A stretch of 64,000 bases of DNA. It comes from a virus. The notes beneath the pieces were generated by a model that saw nothing but the letters and a program-made list of their open reading frames with translations, searched no databases and was not told where the DNA came from. This document shows positions 27,284 to 36,804 of the stretch, piece after piece. The first letter of the stretch is position 1; each line of letters opens with the position of its first letter. Position numbers and translations under genes: made by a program. Location of the stretch: the IMG/VR virus record IMGVR_UViG_3300019458_000024, positions 18,209 through 82,208 of that record; one strand, given 5' to 3'.

Positions 27284-27559
27284 ATGTCTGAAGAATTAGA
27301 GAAAGTATGGCGCAAATGTTTGCAATGTGATTCTGATTTTTACATTAAAGAAGCTGATCAAGAGTTTTTTAAACTTAAAAACTTAGAACTGCCTAAACGT
27401 TGTTGGACTTGCCGTCAAAAAAATAGAAAGGAAGCTATGGAGGCTAGGATGCGACAAGCTGAGGCAGACAGAATCGCTCGCCTGAACGGTAAGTTGAGAA
27501 CGGGACGTTCTCCAGTTGACAAGGAAATGTCTCCTGGTAAGATAGTGCGGAAGAGGTGA
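27284..27559 (+). CDS. zinc-ribbon protein (zf-trcl-like)
   Basis: CxxC..F....QEFF..K....PKRCxxCR. Confidence 0.75.
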   Translation: MSEELEKVWRKCLQCDSDFYIKEADQEFFKLKNLELPKRCWTCRQKNRKEAMEARMRQAEADRIARLNGKLRTGRSPVDKEMSPGKIVRKR

Positions 27560-27566
27560 AAAATTT

Positions 27567-28139
27567 ATGAAATTGAAGCCGGTGGTAATTGCATTTTTAG
27601 GACGGGCTGGATCAGGAAAATCAACTGCCGCCAAGTACGTAGAAGAGACTTACGGTGCTAAGAAAGTTGGGTTTGCTGGTCCTGTAAAAGAGCTAGCACG
27701 ACTGGCGTATAATTTCACTGATGAGCAATTATATGGGTCGCAAGCGGTGAAAGAAGCTGTGGATCCTCGTTATGGATTTTCCTCTCGTGAAGGTATGCAG
27801 CGTATTGGTGAGGGCGCCAGGCAGATCATAGGTAGAGACGTATGGGTGACAGCTTGCTTCAAATATATTGAGAGCTGTGGTGAATCAATTTTTGTTATCG
27901 AAGATTGTCGATATGTTAATGAAGCCAAGGCCATTATTGAGGCGAGCGGTTTTCGTGGCATTGTAATTAAGCTTACATGTCCAGATTCTGTCTCTGTAGC
28001 CAATGCAGAACATCCTAGTGAGGCGGAGGTGGATAAGGTCCCTAAGGAGTACATTACCACACATATTGAAAGTCGCGTTTCTCCTGGATCCAAAGATTTA
28101 CTGGAAAAAGTTCACGCTGCTCTTACTGAACTTATGTAG
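27567..28139 (+). CDS. deoxynucleoside monophosphate kinase
   Basis: GRAGSGKST, FAGPVKE, R..MQRIG, DVWV, DCRYVNE, HPSE. Confidence 0.88.
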   Translation: MKLKPVVIAFLGRAGSGKSTAAKYVEETYGAKKVGFAGPVKELARLAYNFTDEQLYGSQAVKEAVDPRYGFSSREGMQRIGEGARQIIGRDVWVTACFKYIESCGESIFVIEDCRYVNEAKAIIEASGFRGIVIKLTCPDSVSVANAEHPSEAEVDKVPKEYITTHIESRVSPGSKDLLEKVHAALTELM

Positions 28140-28147
28140 AATGACCT
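28135..28147 (+). promoter_or_regulatory. TGTAGAATGACCT motif, copy 1 of 7 (others start at 34344, 35749, 43194, 43301, 56790, 59387)
   Basis: Exact 13-mer repeated at gene boundaries, always on the + strand. Confidence 0.65.
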
Positions 28148-28154
28148 TACAGAT

Positions 28155-28508
28155 ATGACGCAGTATTATTTACTAGACGATAATGACATGCCAGTCACTT
28201 ACACTGGTACTTTTGACGAATGGGTTGAAAAGTGGGAAGATATGAAAGGCAGCAGTAAACACCCATTTCAACAGGCAGTGTGTAAAAATGTATGGGTATC
28301 TACTACATTTGTAGGTTACAGCTCTTTGAAACTGTATGAAACCATGGTGTTTGGTGGGTCTCTTAGCGGAAAATGTGCGTATTCTTCTGATAAGGAACAA
28401 GCTAGGGCAATTCATGATGAATTTGTCTATAAGGTGAAGGAGTCTGAGGGCTTGAACGCACTGGACAATATAAAGAAACAACATCGCAATTCTAGGTGGG
28501 CATTTTAA
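28155..28508 (+). CDS. phage hypothetical protein
   Basis: VSTTF.G...LYETMVFGG...A...H pattern; ends in RWAF. Confidence 0.7.
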   Translation: MTQYYLLDDNDMPVTYTGTFDEWVEKWEDMKGSSKHPFQQAVCKNVWVSTTFVGYSSLKLYETMVFGGSLSGKCAYSSDKEQARAIHDEFVYKVKESEGLNALDNIKKQHRNSRWAF

Positions 28509-28509
28509 A

Positions 28510-29274
28510 ATGGCTAATTCTTCTGAAAAATTCAATATGGCTGAAATCGCGGCTGGTAGGTTGACTCCATCCATGATTACTGATCTTGTCACCACATATC
28601 AACAATTGCACAGTCTATCCCCGGTAGACGGAAAAGCTGGTGCAGCAACCAGGGCGCACTTGTCCTCTGCACTGAAAGTAGTCCCCACACCTGTTTCAGC
28701 GAAATGGTTGCCGTGGGATGGACCAGAGTCCAAACAACCCGTTACGCGCGCAGACATATATGAAATGTTTGGCAATCCAGGGGTGGGCAAAGCTGACTCT
28801 GCTTGGGTCAAAAATAATATTGTAGGTGCTGAAATTCCTGGCCTTCCTAAGAAAATTTGGGTTAACAAGCGCATAGAACCGTATCTACGTGAGGCCGTTC
28901 GCAGAGTCCTTCTGGCACGTCCTGATTTTAAGATTGTTTCTTGTGCTGCTCACGTGTTTCGACATACGCGGCACGATCCAAAACTGCCATTGTCTTATCA
29001 TTCATGGGGTATTGCTGTAGATTTTAATCCTGATGAGAACTTCGGAAAGGAGTTTCCGAAAGGTAAAGCGCCTGAGCTATGGAGTTCCGCTTACAATTCT
29101 GTATGGCCTCCTGGTCCTAGAGTTGTGGATCAGGTTGTAATAGACGCGATGGCCTCTTGCGGCTTCGCGAGCGGTGTTGATTGGAATGAAGATGGTTCCT
29201 CTTTAGATACTTCTTACTTCGATGTGATGCATTTTGAATGGGTTGCCAGGGATGGCAAGGATAAAATGGTATGA
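28510..29274 (+). CDS. M15-family peptidoglycan peptidase (endolysin candidate) with a partial peptidoglycan-binding motif
   Basis: YQ..H.L..VDG.AG..T, R....SYHSWGIAVDFN, DVMHFE. Confidence 0.85.
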   Translation: MANSSEKFNMAEIAAGRLTPSMITDLVTTYQQLHSLSPVDGKAGAATRAHLSSALKVVPTPVSAKWLPWDGPESKQPVTRADIYEMFGNPGVGKADSAWVKNNIVGAEIPGLPKKIWVNKRIEPYLREAVRRVLLARPDFKIVSCAAHVFRHTRHDPKLPLSYHSWGIAVDFNPDENFGKEFPKGKAPELWSSAYNSVWPPGPRVVDQVVIDAMASCGFASGVDWNEDGSSLDTSYFDVMHFEWVARDGKDKMV

Positions 29275-29621
29275 GTAGTTCTGAAGAGGTTACTAAGTAC
29301 TTAGATGAGCTAACTGAGAAGATGCAGACGCGAGAGGCTAAAGAGGGCGCGCAGAAGCTTTTCGACGCTTCCCCTGAAGAGTTGGGTCAAGCCGCTGTAG
29401 ACGCAGCCAAGTCAGAAGAGGTTCCACGTCTTGAATTTATTCCTTCCAAGTATGCCCGTAGAACTTGCGGCAGCTGTCGTGGTTCGGGGGAGTTGCGCAT
29501 TCATCAACCGTTCGAAAAGGGGAGTAAGAAGGTTGTACCCACGGCCAATAAAATTGCTGTTATTCCCTGCGGGTGTGCAATTAAACGGTATACGAAGGCC
29601 ATGAAGGATCTTAGTGCCTGA
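29271..29621 (+). CDS. hypothetical Zn-finger protein
   Basis: CGSCRGSG...PCGC. Confidence 0.6.
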   Translation: MSSSEEVTKYLDELTEKMQTREAKEGAQKLFDASPEELGQAAVDAAKSEEVPRLEFIPSKYARRTCGSCRGSGELRIHQPFEKGSKKVVPTANKIAVIPCGCAIKRYTKAMKDLSA

Positions 29622-30339
29622 CACTTCCATAATTACCATTGACGAGATTGTAGTCGGTACGGTAGTGCGTGTTCTGCTCCCATCTTCCAGCAAAGGATTT
29701 AGACCGAGGAACACTGGGCTGTTTAGAGTATTAGATGGAGGTGAAAGAACTTCCATTAACCAGGTTGACTGGCGCAGGGTTGTTGGTTTGAACCGACGAA
29801 AATTCGTAGCCAGAGTCATAGAAAACGATGTTGATAACCGTGAAATAACCTTAGTTCTTGAAGATAGCCACACTACCAACAATAGGAAAATCCGGTACGA
29901 GGTCCAGCTTCCATATAGCTCGTTTTTACGCGTTTCCAGGTTGGTGCCTCAATCGAGAGTGTTCGATTCCAACGAAGAGGAACTTGCCTTTAGAAGGCAA
30001 AACCGGCAATCTGCTGTTAATAAAGGTTATTTTGATGCTAAAGACAGATTTATTGGTGTTGAACTTCTTGCAATTTTAGGAGATACGGAAATGGTCATTA
30101 ATTTTACGTTTCAAGTAGGGGTAAGCGGTAGTAGTTTTACAGTACCACTTCCGGCTAATGCTGTAGATGATGCTGACTATACTGTAGTTTCTGGGTATAA
30201 TACTGTAGTGGGTGCTGCGGCACCTATGTTGATGACTGCAGAATCGTCTAGAACAATTAATAACTTTTTGGTAGCGACTGCTGATGGGTCTTCTGTAATG
30301 GCAGGTACTACCATCGATTTTGTAGTAAAGGCAAGGTGA
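29614..30339 (+). CDS. hypothetical protein
   Basis: 241 aa ORF with a beta-rich C-terminus. Confidence 0.6.
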   Translation: MPDTSIITIDEIVVGTVVRVLLPSSSKGFRPRNTGLFRVLDGGERTSINQVDWRRVVGLNRRKFVARVIENDVDNREITLVLEDSHTTNNRKIRYEVQLPYSSFLRVSRLVPQSRVFDSNEEELAFRRQNRQSAVNKGYFDAKDRFIGVELLAILGDTEMVINFTFQVGVSGSSFTVPLPANAVDDADYTVVSGYNTVVGAAAPMLMTAESSRTINNFLVATADGSSVMAGTTIDFVVKAR

Positions 30340-30344
30340 CGTAA

Positions 30345-30680
30345 ATGTATAAATATTTATTCAGTATTTCACTTCTACTAGGTTGTCAAGTTGGCGCCGA
30401 CGATAACATGTCTAGTTTCACACCGGGTCCTGACTACATGGCTCCAACGTTAACTCACATAGAGGGCAGTTGGCGTAGTCAGGATAATGAGTTTGTGATC
30501 GAAACCGGTAAGATTAAATGCTCTGGTGCGGAAGAAACTATTACTGTGTATCAAAAACATGTGGAATTGGACCGCCCGGCCTGTAGTGTAGGCTACACTG
30601 CTCTGTATCAGTTGCCTCCTCCATACGACGCACTTAGAATTCAAGATTCATTTGGTATCAGTTCTTACTATAGAAATTAA
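30345..30680 (+). CDS. putative lipoprotein
   Basis: MYKYLFSISLLLGC lipobox. Confidence 0.55.
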   Translation: MYKYLFSISLLLGCQVGADDNMSSFTPGPDYMAPTLTHIEGSWRSQDNEFVIETGKIKCSGAEETITVYQKHVELDRPACSVGYTALYQLPPPYDALRIQDSFGISSYYRN

Positions 30681-30704
30681 CTAAAAACTGAAGGGGTTGG
30701 TGCG

Positions 30705-31166
30705 ATGTTGTCTATTGCGGTGATGTCTGTTGTCTGTAATGCTACTATATTTGGCTACGCCGGAGACAAGTGGGCAGGAGGAAATGCTTCCTACTTAAAA
30801 CGTCCTGTAGCGTCTTATGACGTTGGTGTGGCGCACAGAACTTGGAAACTAGGGTCAACGGTATTGGTTAAAAATCCTCGTACTAAGCTCACTGCGTTGG
30901 CCTTGGTAGTGGATCGTGGACCTTATGGCGCTACAGACGACAGTGGTATGTGGGTTTTGAAGAGGAAGAGAGAAGATCCAGGGCAGTGGAGAGGATGTGT
31001 AGATTTGACGCCCGCGCTTGCTAAATCAATTAAACACAACGGCTACGAAAAGGTGTATATTAGGCGCGTCAAGCTGCAGGAACTTGTTAGCACGGTGATT
31101 AAGAAAATTGAAGAGCAAAGCGAAGTAAAGGACTTAATTATATTTGCATTAGCTACCAGAAACTAG
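30705..31166 (+). CDS. RlpA-like double-psi beta-barrel protein (lytic transglycosylase-like)
   Basis: VAHRT..LGS.V.V.NPRT....VVDRGPY...VDLTPALA. Confidence 0.8.
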   Translation: MLSIAVMSVVCNATIFGYAGDKWAGGNASYLKRPVASYDVGVAHRTWKLGSTVLVKNPRTKLTALALVVDRGPYGATDDSGMWVLKRKREDPGQWRGCVDLTPALAKSIKHNGYEKVYIRRVKLQELVSTVIKKIEEQSEVKDLIIFALATRN

Positions 31167-31167
31167 T

Positions 31168-31278
31168 ATGGAAACCTTTTTTACATCAGATACTCCGAAT
31201 GGTTTTATACACGGCACGTTAGAAACTTCTTATTCTAATGTTTGTACTAAAGAGATGGTGACAAATGGGCCGCTATAA
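31168..31278 (+). pseudogene. relic 5' end of a metallophosphoesterase gene (36 aa)
   Basis: Manual translation METFFTSDTPNGFIHGTLETSYSNVCTKEMVTNGPL*. METFFTSDT parallels MIYFSSDG at 32271. Confidence 0.5.
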
Positions 31279-31287
31279 CGTGCAATA

Positions 31288-32274
31288 ATGGCTGGATTTA
31301 GATGGTCCGAGACAGAGGATTCTGTTTTAATTACGCATTGGCGCAATTTTAAAAAGTCTGAATTAATGGAACTTTTGCCTGGTCGCACTTGGGCTGCTGT
31401 CTTACTTCACGCTGCCAAGTTAGGATTAACAAGAGATACAACATCCACGACTGTTAATACTCACAAGGCAAAGAGCTATATAGACGGGACATCAAAGATC
31501 TCAGCGCTATTGGAAGAAACTCCAGAGGCTTATTACTGGGCGGGATTTATTGCAGCCGATGGTCATATTAGTAAAAGACGCAGATTGCGGATTACATTGG
31601 CTCAAAAAGACGAAGCACATTTACAATTATTTTGTAAATTTATTAATGCTAATCCACCTAAAAAACGACTTTCAAATACAGGATATGGCCAGTGCTACAT
31701 TTCTCTGCAGGACTTAGGCTTCCTTCCTTTTACGGAAAAATTTAACATAACGTCTAGAAAAACCTATGATTTGCGCACACCGAACATTCCTGATGACTCC
31801 TTATTTTTATCATTTTTAGCCGGGTTTGTTGATGGGGATGGAGGTATACGAACGCTGGATGGTCGAAGCGATGTGAATTTGCATTTAGTGGGACATGTTA
31901 ATTCTCTTTCAGTGTTTATGGAATGGGCCGATCGGTTTAATTCACTTATTCCTTCTTCGCAAACTAATAGTAGGATTACTGCAGGAAGTGTGCCAAGAAT
32001 TGATTCCAGCGGTTATGTTCGTTGGTGCATCTCGAATAATGAAACCATTCGTGCTTTTAAACGATCGTTGCTGTCATTAAATTTGCCATTAATGGCTAGG
32101 AAATGGGATTTAGTTGACATTAATAAAAAATCTAAATACGTTTTATCTGATATACGAAAACAGTGGTATTTTGAACTTACAAAAGCTAATTTTTCACGAA
32201 CCGAAATAGCAAAGGTTCTGGGGGTTGGTATGACTTATACGTATAGGTATACTGCTAATAGAGGCGAGATATGA
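31288..32274 (+). mobile_element. free-standing two-motif LAGLIDADG homing endonuclease
   Basis: YWAGFIAADG and FLAGFVDGDG, with an N-terminal WSETED..LPGRTW motif. Confidence 0.9.
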
Positions 32275-32879
32275 TATACTTTTCCTCCGACGGTCACCAT
32301 GGTCACGCTAATATTATTAAGTTTTGCTCACGCCCATATAAAGATGTGAATGAAATGAATGAACTGCTAATTCACAATTGGAATTCGGTTGTGAGACCCG
32401 ATGATGAAGTTTACTACTTAGGGGACTTTAGTCTAACTAGAGGTGTTGTGGAACGAACAGCACCTAGATTACTGGGAAAGAAGTATTTAATTCCAGGCAA
32501 TCATGATCACTGTCATCCCGCACACAAAAAAGGCAGGAAGAATCTTCCAGAACAGGTTAAATTTTATGAAAACCACGGATTTACGGTACTGCCTATCCAC
32601 TATCATATGGATATTCCTGAAATAGGGCAGGTAAACCTTTGTCATATGCCTTATAAAGGTGATTATACTGATGAAAGATATACAGAATATAGGATGGAGA
32701 ATGACGGCAATTGGTTACTGTGTGGGCATGTTCATGAAAAGTGGTTTCATAAAGAACGAATGATCAATGTCGGCGTGGATGTTCATGATTTCAAGCCAGT
32801 AGCACTGGAGTGGTTGGTTGAATACATGAAGAAAAAAGCTAATGAAAAGCTCTGTGTCACTGGACTGTGCAAGAAATAG
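32271..32879 (+). CDS. calcineurin-like metallophosphoesterase
   Basis: SDGHHGH, YLGDF, GNHD, LCH.P, CGHVH, INVGVD. Confidence 0.9.
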   Translation: MIYFSSDGHHGHANIIKFCSRPYKDVNEMNELLIHNWNSVVRPDDEVYYLGDFSLTRGVVERTAPRLLGKKYLIPGNHDHCHPAHKKGRKNLPEQVKFYENHGFTVLPIHYHMDIPEIGQVNLCHMPYKGDYTDERYTEYRMENDGNWLLCGHVHEKWFHKERMINVGVDVHDFKPVALEWLVEYMKKKANEKLCVTGLCKK

Positions 32880-32910
32880 ACGTGGACGGACACAAAGAAC
32901 GCAATCAAAC

Positions 32911-32939
32911 TTGACAATGTAACGAGGCTCTAATAGCCT
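32911..32939 (+). promoter_or_regulatory. sigma70-like promoter
   Basis: TTGACA-N17-TAGCCT, 17 nt before the dCMP deaminase start. Confidence 0.55.
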
Positions 32940-32956
32940 TACAGGACTGTGTAACT

Positions 32957-33442
32957 ATGACTAGACCCGATTGGCGATCATATTTTATGGACATGGCATA
33001 CCTAGTTGCCACCAGGGCTACGTGCCCTCGTAAGCAAGTAGGTGCGGTATTGGTTGATCCTGATTTTAGGGTTGTGGCTACTGGTTACAATGGCAGCCCT
33101 GCTGGCACTCCGCACTGTACGGAATTTGGTTGTGAGATTGTAAATATTGATGGAAGAGACAGTTGTGTGCGTACGTTGCATAGTGAATCTAATTGTATAG
33201 ACTACGCAGGTAAAAACGCACGAGGCTGCACTTTATATGTTACGTGCCATCCATGTTTGGAATGTGCTAAAAGAATTGTCAATGCAGGTATTCACGCAGT
33301 TGAGTATGACGAGTATTACGTAAGCCAAAAAACTGATTTAGCTAATGAGTTTCTTTGTAAGGAATTGTGTAACGAGTATTCAGATAGGCACGGTTACATT
33401 TCCTGCGTTCGCGACTATGGGTATGTGAGGAGCACAAAATGA
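32957..33442 (+). CDS. dCMP deaminase
   Basis: RATCPRKQVGAVLV, TGYNG, HSE.N, PCLEC. Confidence 0.92.
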   Translation: MTRPDWRSYFMDMAYLVATRATCPRKQVGAVLVDPDFRVVATGYNGSPAGTPHCTEFGCEIVNIDGRDSCVRTLHSESNCIDYAGKNARGCTLYVTCHPCLECAKRIVNAGIHAVEYDEYYVSQKTDLANEFLCKELCNEYSDRHGYISCVRDYGYVRSTK

Positions 33443-34053
33443 AAACTCTAAGAATACTAGTGGACATGGATGAGATCACCGTCAATTTAATGAGTGATTG
33501 GCTGCGTATATACAACCAAGAGTGGAATGACAATCTAACTCATGACAAGATTCTCGATTGGGATGTTCATCAGTTTGTTAAACCTGAGTGTGGAAAAAAG
33601 ATCTATCAAATTCTCAAACGTCCAGGTTTGTTTGACTATTTGCCTCCTATGCCGGGCGCTGTGGACAGCATCACAGAACTAGTCAAGGCTGGTCACGATG
33701 TCAGGTTTGCTACTGCACCTCCATCGTCAGATGCTGCTAGGGGTAAAATTGAGTGGGTTTTACGTAATTTTGGTCACCTTGATTTCAAGATTGATCATGT
33801 TATGCAACTCCACGATAAGGCGTGGATTAACGCTGATGTGCTAGTTGATGATAAGCCTGACACCATTAAGAAATGGCACATGTTGGATCGTGGTTTTGGT
33901 AACGACCCCGTAGTCATGGCCATTGCCCATCCGTGGAACACTAATTGTTCCGATATTGCAGACGTGTATGCAAAATCTTACAAGGAACCAGAAAAAGCTT
34001 GGAAAACTATAGTATCTGCAATTCACAAATTGAGTAAAAAAGGAGAAAAATAA
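33439..34053 (+). CDS. 5'(3')-deoxyribonucleotidase (HAD/NT5C)
   Basis: LVDMDE, P.PGA, K.EW, K....DVLVDD, PWN. Confidence 0.88.
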   Translation: MKTLRILVDMDEITVNLMSDWLRIYNQEWNDNLTHDKILDWDVHQFVKPECGKKIYQILKRPGLFDYLPPMPGAVDSITELVKAGHDVRFATAPPSSDAARGKIEWVLRNFGHLDFKIDHVMQLHDKAWINADVLVDDKPDTIKKWHMLDRGFGNDPVVMAIAHPWNTNCSDIADVYAKSYKEPEKAWKTIVSAIHKLSKKGEK

Positions 34054-34337
34054 TGGGCGGATTACCAAGAAAAGCACCTGTCACCGAATCTACAGAAGCG
34101 ATGCCTCCAATTGAGTGGACTATCAAGCCTGTTGCTCTGCTAACTCTAAAAGCGTCTTACAAAATGCGAAAACAAGGCTTTGTGGAGCGTTTTGGGATGG
34201 TTAGGGGTTTGGTAGCACATCAGGTGTGGTGGATTCTACACAATTGTCTGGTGCATCCATTGGCTGGGCTTCTGCCATTCAAGCCTATGTTCGCGTTGCA
34301 CAACTTTACAGTTAAGCTGGCTACCGGCAGAAAGTAA
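34053..34337 (+). CDS. hypothetical protein
   Basis: W.LHNCLVHPL motif. Confidence 0.6.
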   Translation: MGGLPRKAPVTESTEAMPPIEWTIKPVALLTLKASYKMRKQGFVERFGMVRGLVAHQVWWILHNCLVHPLAGLLPFKPMFALHNFTVKLATGRK

Positions 34338-34376
34338 ATTTAGTGTAGAATGACCTTATATTAAGGGGGTCATTCT

Positions 34377-34562
34377 ATGAAGAAGTCTTACAAAGTAGCT
34401 ATCGGCGGTAGGTACAGTATAGTTAATGGAGAAGCGCAAGATACTGTTGAAGAATCTCTTCAGAAAGCAATTGACTACGCTTACAACACGGCGAATTTAC
34501 ATGAATACGTAGAAATATCTGATGATGCTGGTCTTTCCTTTTGGTTTGTAAAGAAGCAGTAA
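34377..34562 (+). CDS. hypothetical protein with a hairpin-occluded RBS
   Basis: 61 aa ORF with an AAGGGGGT RBS. Confidence 0.55.
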   Translation: MKKSYKVAIGGRYSIVNGEAQDTVEESLQKAIDYAYNTANLHEYVEISDDAGLSFWFVKKQ

Positions 34563-34563
34563 C

Positions 34564-35130
34564 ATGTCTGATATTGCAGTGTATGTAGAGGTTCTTGAAC
34601 CGTCCGGTGCGTGGCGTTTCTACGAGTATCGGAGATTTGCAGAAGCCAATGAATCCAAATCCGTGTTTAGGGAATTGGCAGGCACTTCTGTTGGGTGGTT
34701 ATACAGGGGTTTTCCGACGGATATGTCCTCAGACACTCGCGAGGAGATCGATTGTGATCCTGGAGTTAAAAATGGCCATTGGCTGTTTTTGCGTGAGCTG
34801 CTGGAAATGAATCTGCATAAGCTGCAGGAGGATGTGTACGGTTGGGCTGATTTGAAGGATTGGCTTGAGTTTAATTCGACCGGTTCTATAAGGAAGATCA
34901 AGAAAGTGGCCAACCCAATTTACTGTAAAGAAATTAGCTCCTTACAAATGTCTATGCATGTGCATGGAATTCTTAATTCCCCCCCAGAGATTACCCCTAT
35001 TACCAACGTAGCTCTGAAAGTCACCTCCGTTGGTTCTTTCGTTAACTACTTCATTCCTGAGCTGTCTGCTCTGTCCGTCAACACTCCAGCAGGTGGAATG
35101 GGTATCAGGATTATCTACTATTTTGTATGA
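34564..35130 (+). CDS. hypothetical protein
   Basis: F..LAG..RGFP.D.S...W..L.ELL..IRIIYYF. Confidence 0.65.
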   Translation: MSDIAVYVEVLEPSGAWRFYEYRRFAEANESKSVFRELAGTSVGWLYRGFPTDMSSDTREEIDCDPGVKNGHWLFLRELLEMNLHKLQEDVYGWADLKDWLEFNSTGSIRKIKKVANPIYCKEISSLQMSMHVHGILNSPPEITPITNVALKVTSVGSFVNYFIPELSALSVNTPAGGMGIRIIYYFV

Positions 35131-35253
35131 AATCACGTCCCTGTCAAATTTGTGGTTTTAAACCAATGGGCTGCGTTTGCCCGTGCCTTATATTCAGTGT
35201 AGTAGTGCTGCTTTTAACTGTAATATACAGTTATTGGTGGTAAGTTAATAACT

Positions 35254-35454
35254 ATGGACGAGGAAAATTTTGTGGAAATAGACGGTGTTAAGGTAGTTAT
35301 TGAAACCGAAAAAGCAATACTCTGCTTAATTCATGACGAAGAGGTCTGGGTCCCAAAAAGCCAAATAATGGAGCATAGTCAAGTACAAGGGGAGGGAGAT
35401 GAGGGATTTCTTTCTATTACCAAGTGGTTTAGTGAGGAAACTGGCCTTGAATGA
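35254..35454 (+). CDS. hypothetical protein
   Basis: ETEKAIL...WVPKSQI. Confidence 0.65.
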   Translation: MDEENFVEIDGVKVVIETEKAILCLIHDEEVWVPKSQIMEHSQVQGEGDEGFLSITKWFSEETGLE

Positions 35455-35494
35455 TTGACCTGTAAACTTCTAAGATGCTAACATTATAGGAACT

Positions 35495-35758
35495 ATGAAG
35501 TTAAAGAAAGAAACTTACATGCCGATCAGGTCTAATGCTCGTTATGCCGTCGGTCTACTGGCTTTGCTTGCTTTTGTGTTATTTTCGTATTCGTTTATGT
35601 TATCACTGGCTGTAGTGTCTGTGCTCGTTACAGATGGGCCAATCGGTGCTATAGTCATGTCCTTGTTCACGGTGGTTCTCTTCTTTTGCATAGCCTTGTT
35701 CCACCCCGGTGAGGGTAGTCTAAGGTCCAGGTTTGTTTTTTCTAAACGTGTAGAATGA
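35495..35758 (+). CDS. small membrane protein
   Basis: Two hydrophobic segments. Upstream is TTGACC-N18-TAACAT (35455-35484). Confidence 0.55.
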   Translation: MKLKKETYMPIRSNARYAVGLLALLAFVLFSYSFMLSLAVVSVLVTDGPIGAIVMSLFTVVLFFCIALFHPGEGSLRSRFVFSKRVE

Positions 35759-36217
35759 CCTTGTACGTATGAAACTGATTAAATCTGCTATTCAAGGTTT
35801 TGTGGTTTGCGGCGCTTCCGTCGTTTTTGGCGTTCCAGGTTTGATTGTAGGTGTATTGATCGCATGTGCTATTGAGTAAAGAAGGGTTACTAGGGGGATG
35901 ATGACAAAGATAGACTGGTTTCAGTCCTCTAAATCTATTGAGGATTTGAAGGAAGAGGCGGAATGCGAAAACACACTCAAGCTTCTTTTCCAGATCTTGT
36001 CTGTGGTTAATAAGTGTCTAGGCCTCCGGCAGTACTTGCAGATTTAGATATTTTATTGAGGAAAATAGAACAAGACAATAAGCTTCATCCTACATCAATA
36101 TTGAGCTATGGAGATACGTTTGACGCGTATTCTGGAACTTCCTACGCGAAAAAAGGTAACTGGAAGAATTCCATATCTAAAATTGCTGCTATTCTAAAAC
36201 AAAAAGGAACGTAATTC

Positions 36218-36457
36218 ATGAGCATTAGCAAAGATCGAAAGCTAGTATACCTTAAGGACGTTGTTTTTTCACTACGCCACCTTATAGGCGTTCAACCATA
36301 CCAAAAAACAGAATACGTCCAGGGTAAGGTTGTTGTTTTGTGGGAAGGTACTTCCATTCACTTATTTAACCCACAAGATGGAAAAGCAGTCACTATGTAT
36401 AGTAAGGTGGATACTGAAGTTGTCATAGCGGAAATCAGAAAGGTGTCCACTCTATGA
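36218..36457 (+). CDS. hypothetical protein
   Basis: ORF with an AAGGA RBS. Confidence 0.55.
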   Translation: MSISKDRKLVYLKDVVFSLRHLIGVQPYQKTEYVQGKVVVLWEGTSIHLFNPQDGKAVTMYSKVDTEVVIAEIRKVSTL

Positions 36458-36801
36458 AAACAATTATTGCAGGTTCTAGGGACATTATTGACTATGACTT
36501 CGTTAAGGATGTCATAAATTCTTGCCCGTGGGAAATCACTGAAGTAGTTTCAGGAGGAGCCACTGGTGTAGATACGCTGGGGGAAAAGTGGGCAGGGGAA
36601 AAAGGGATTGCCGTGAGAAAGTTTCCTGCTGAGTGGGACAAGTGGGGCCGGAGTGCAGGACCCCTGCGAAATACACAAATGGCAGACTACGCAGACGCGT
36701 TGGTACTGGTTTGGGATGGAATTAGCCAGGGATCTGGTCATATGTTAGAGATTGCCCTAAAGCGCGGACTCACTCTGCATTGCAGGAAATATCAAAAGTA
36801 A
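36454..36801 (+). CDS. SLOG/YspA-like (DUF2493-type) protein
   Basis: IIAGSR, VVSGGATGVD, GRSAGPLRN.QMA.YAD, WDG.S.GS.HM. Confidence 0.85.
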   Translation: MKTIIAGSRDIIDYDFVKDVINSCPWEITEVVSGGATGVDTLGEKWAGEKGIAVRKFPAEWDKWGRSAGPLRNTQMADYADALVLVWDGISQGSGHMLEIALKRGLTLHCRKYQK

Positions 36802-36804
36802 AAG

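Noticed and set aside
31194-32295. Group I intron around the LAGLIDADG gene
   Set aside because: There is too little non-coding sequence for a ribozyme core, I found no in-frame U|...G| junction, and the downstream gene has its own N-terminus.
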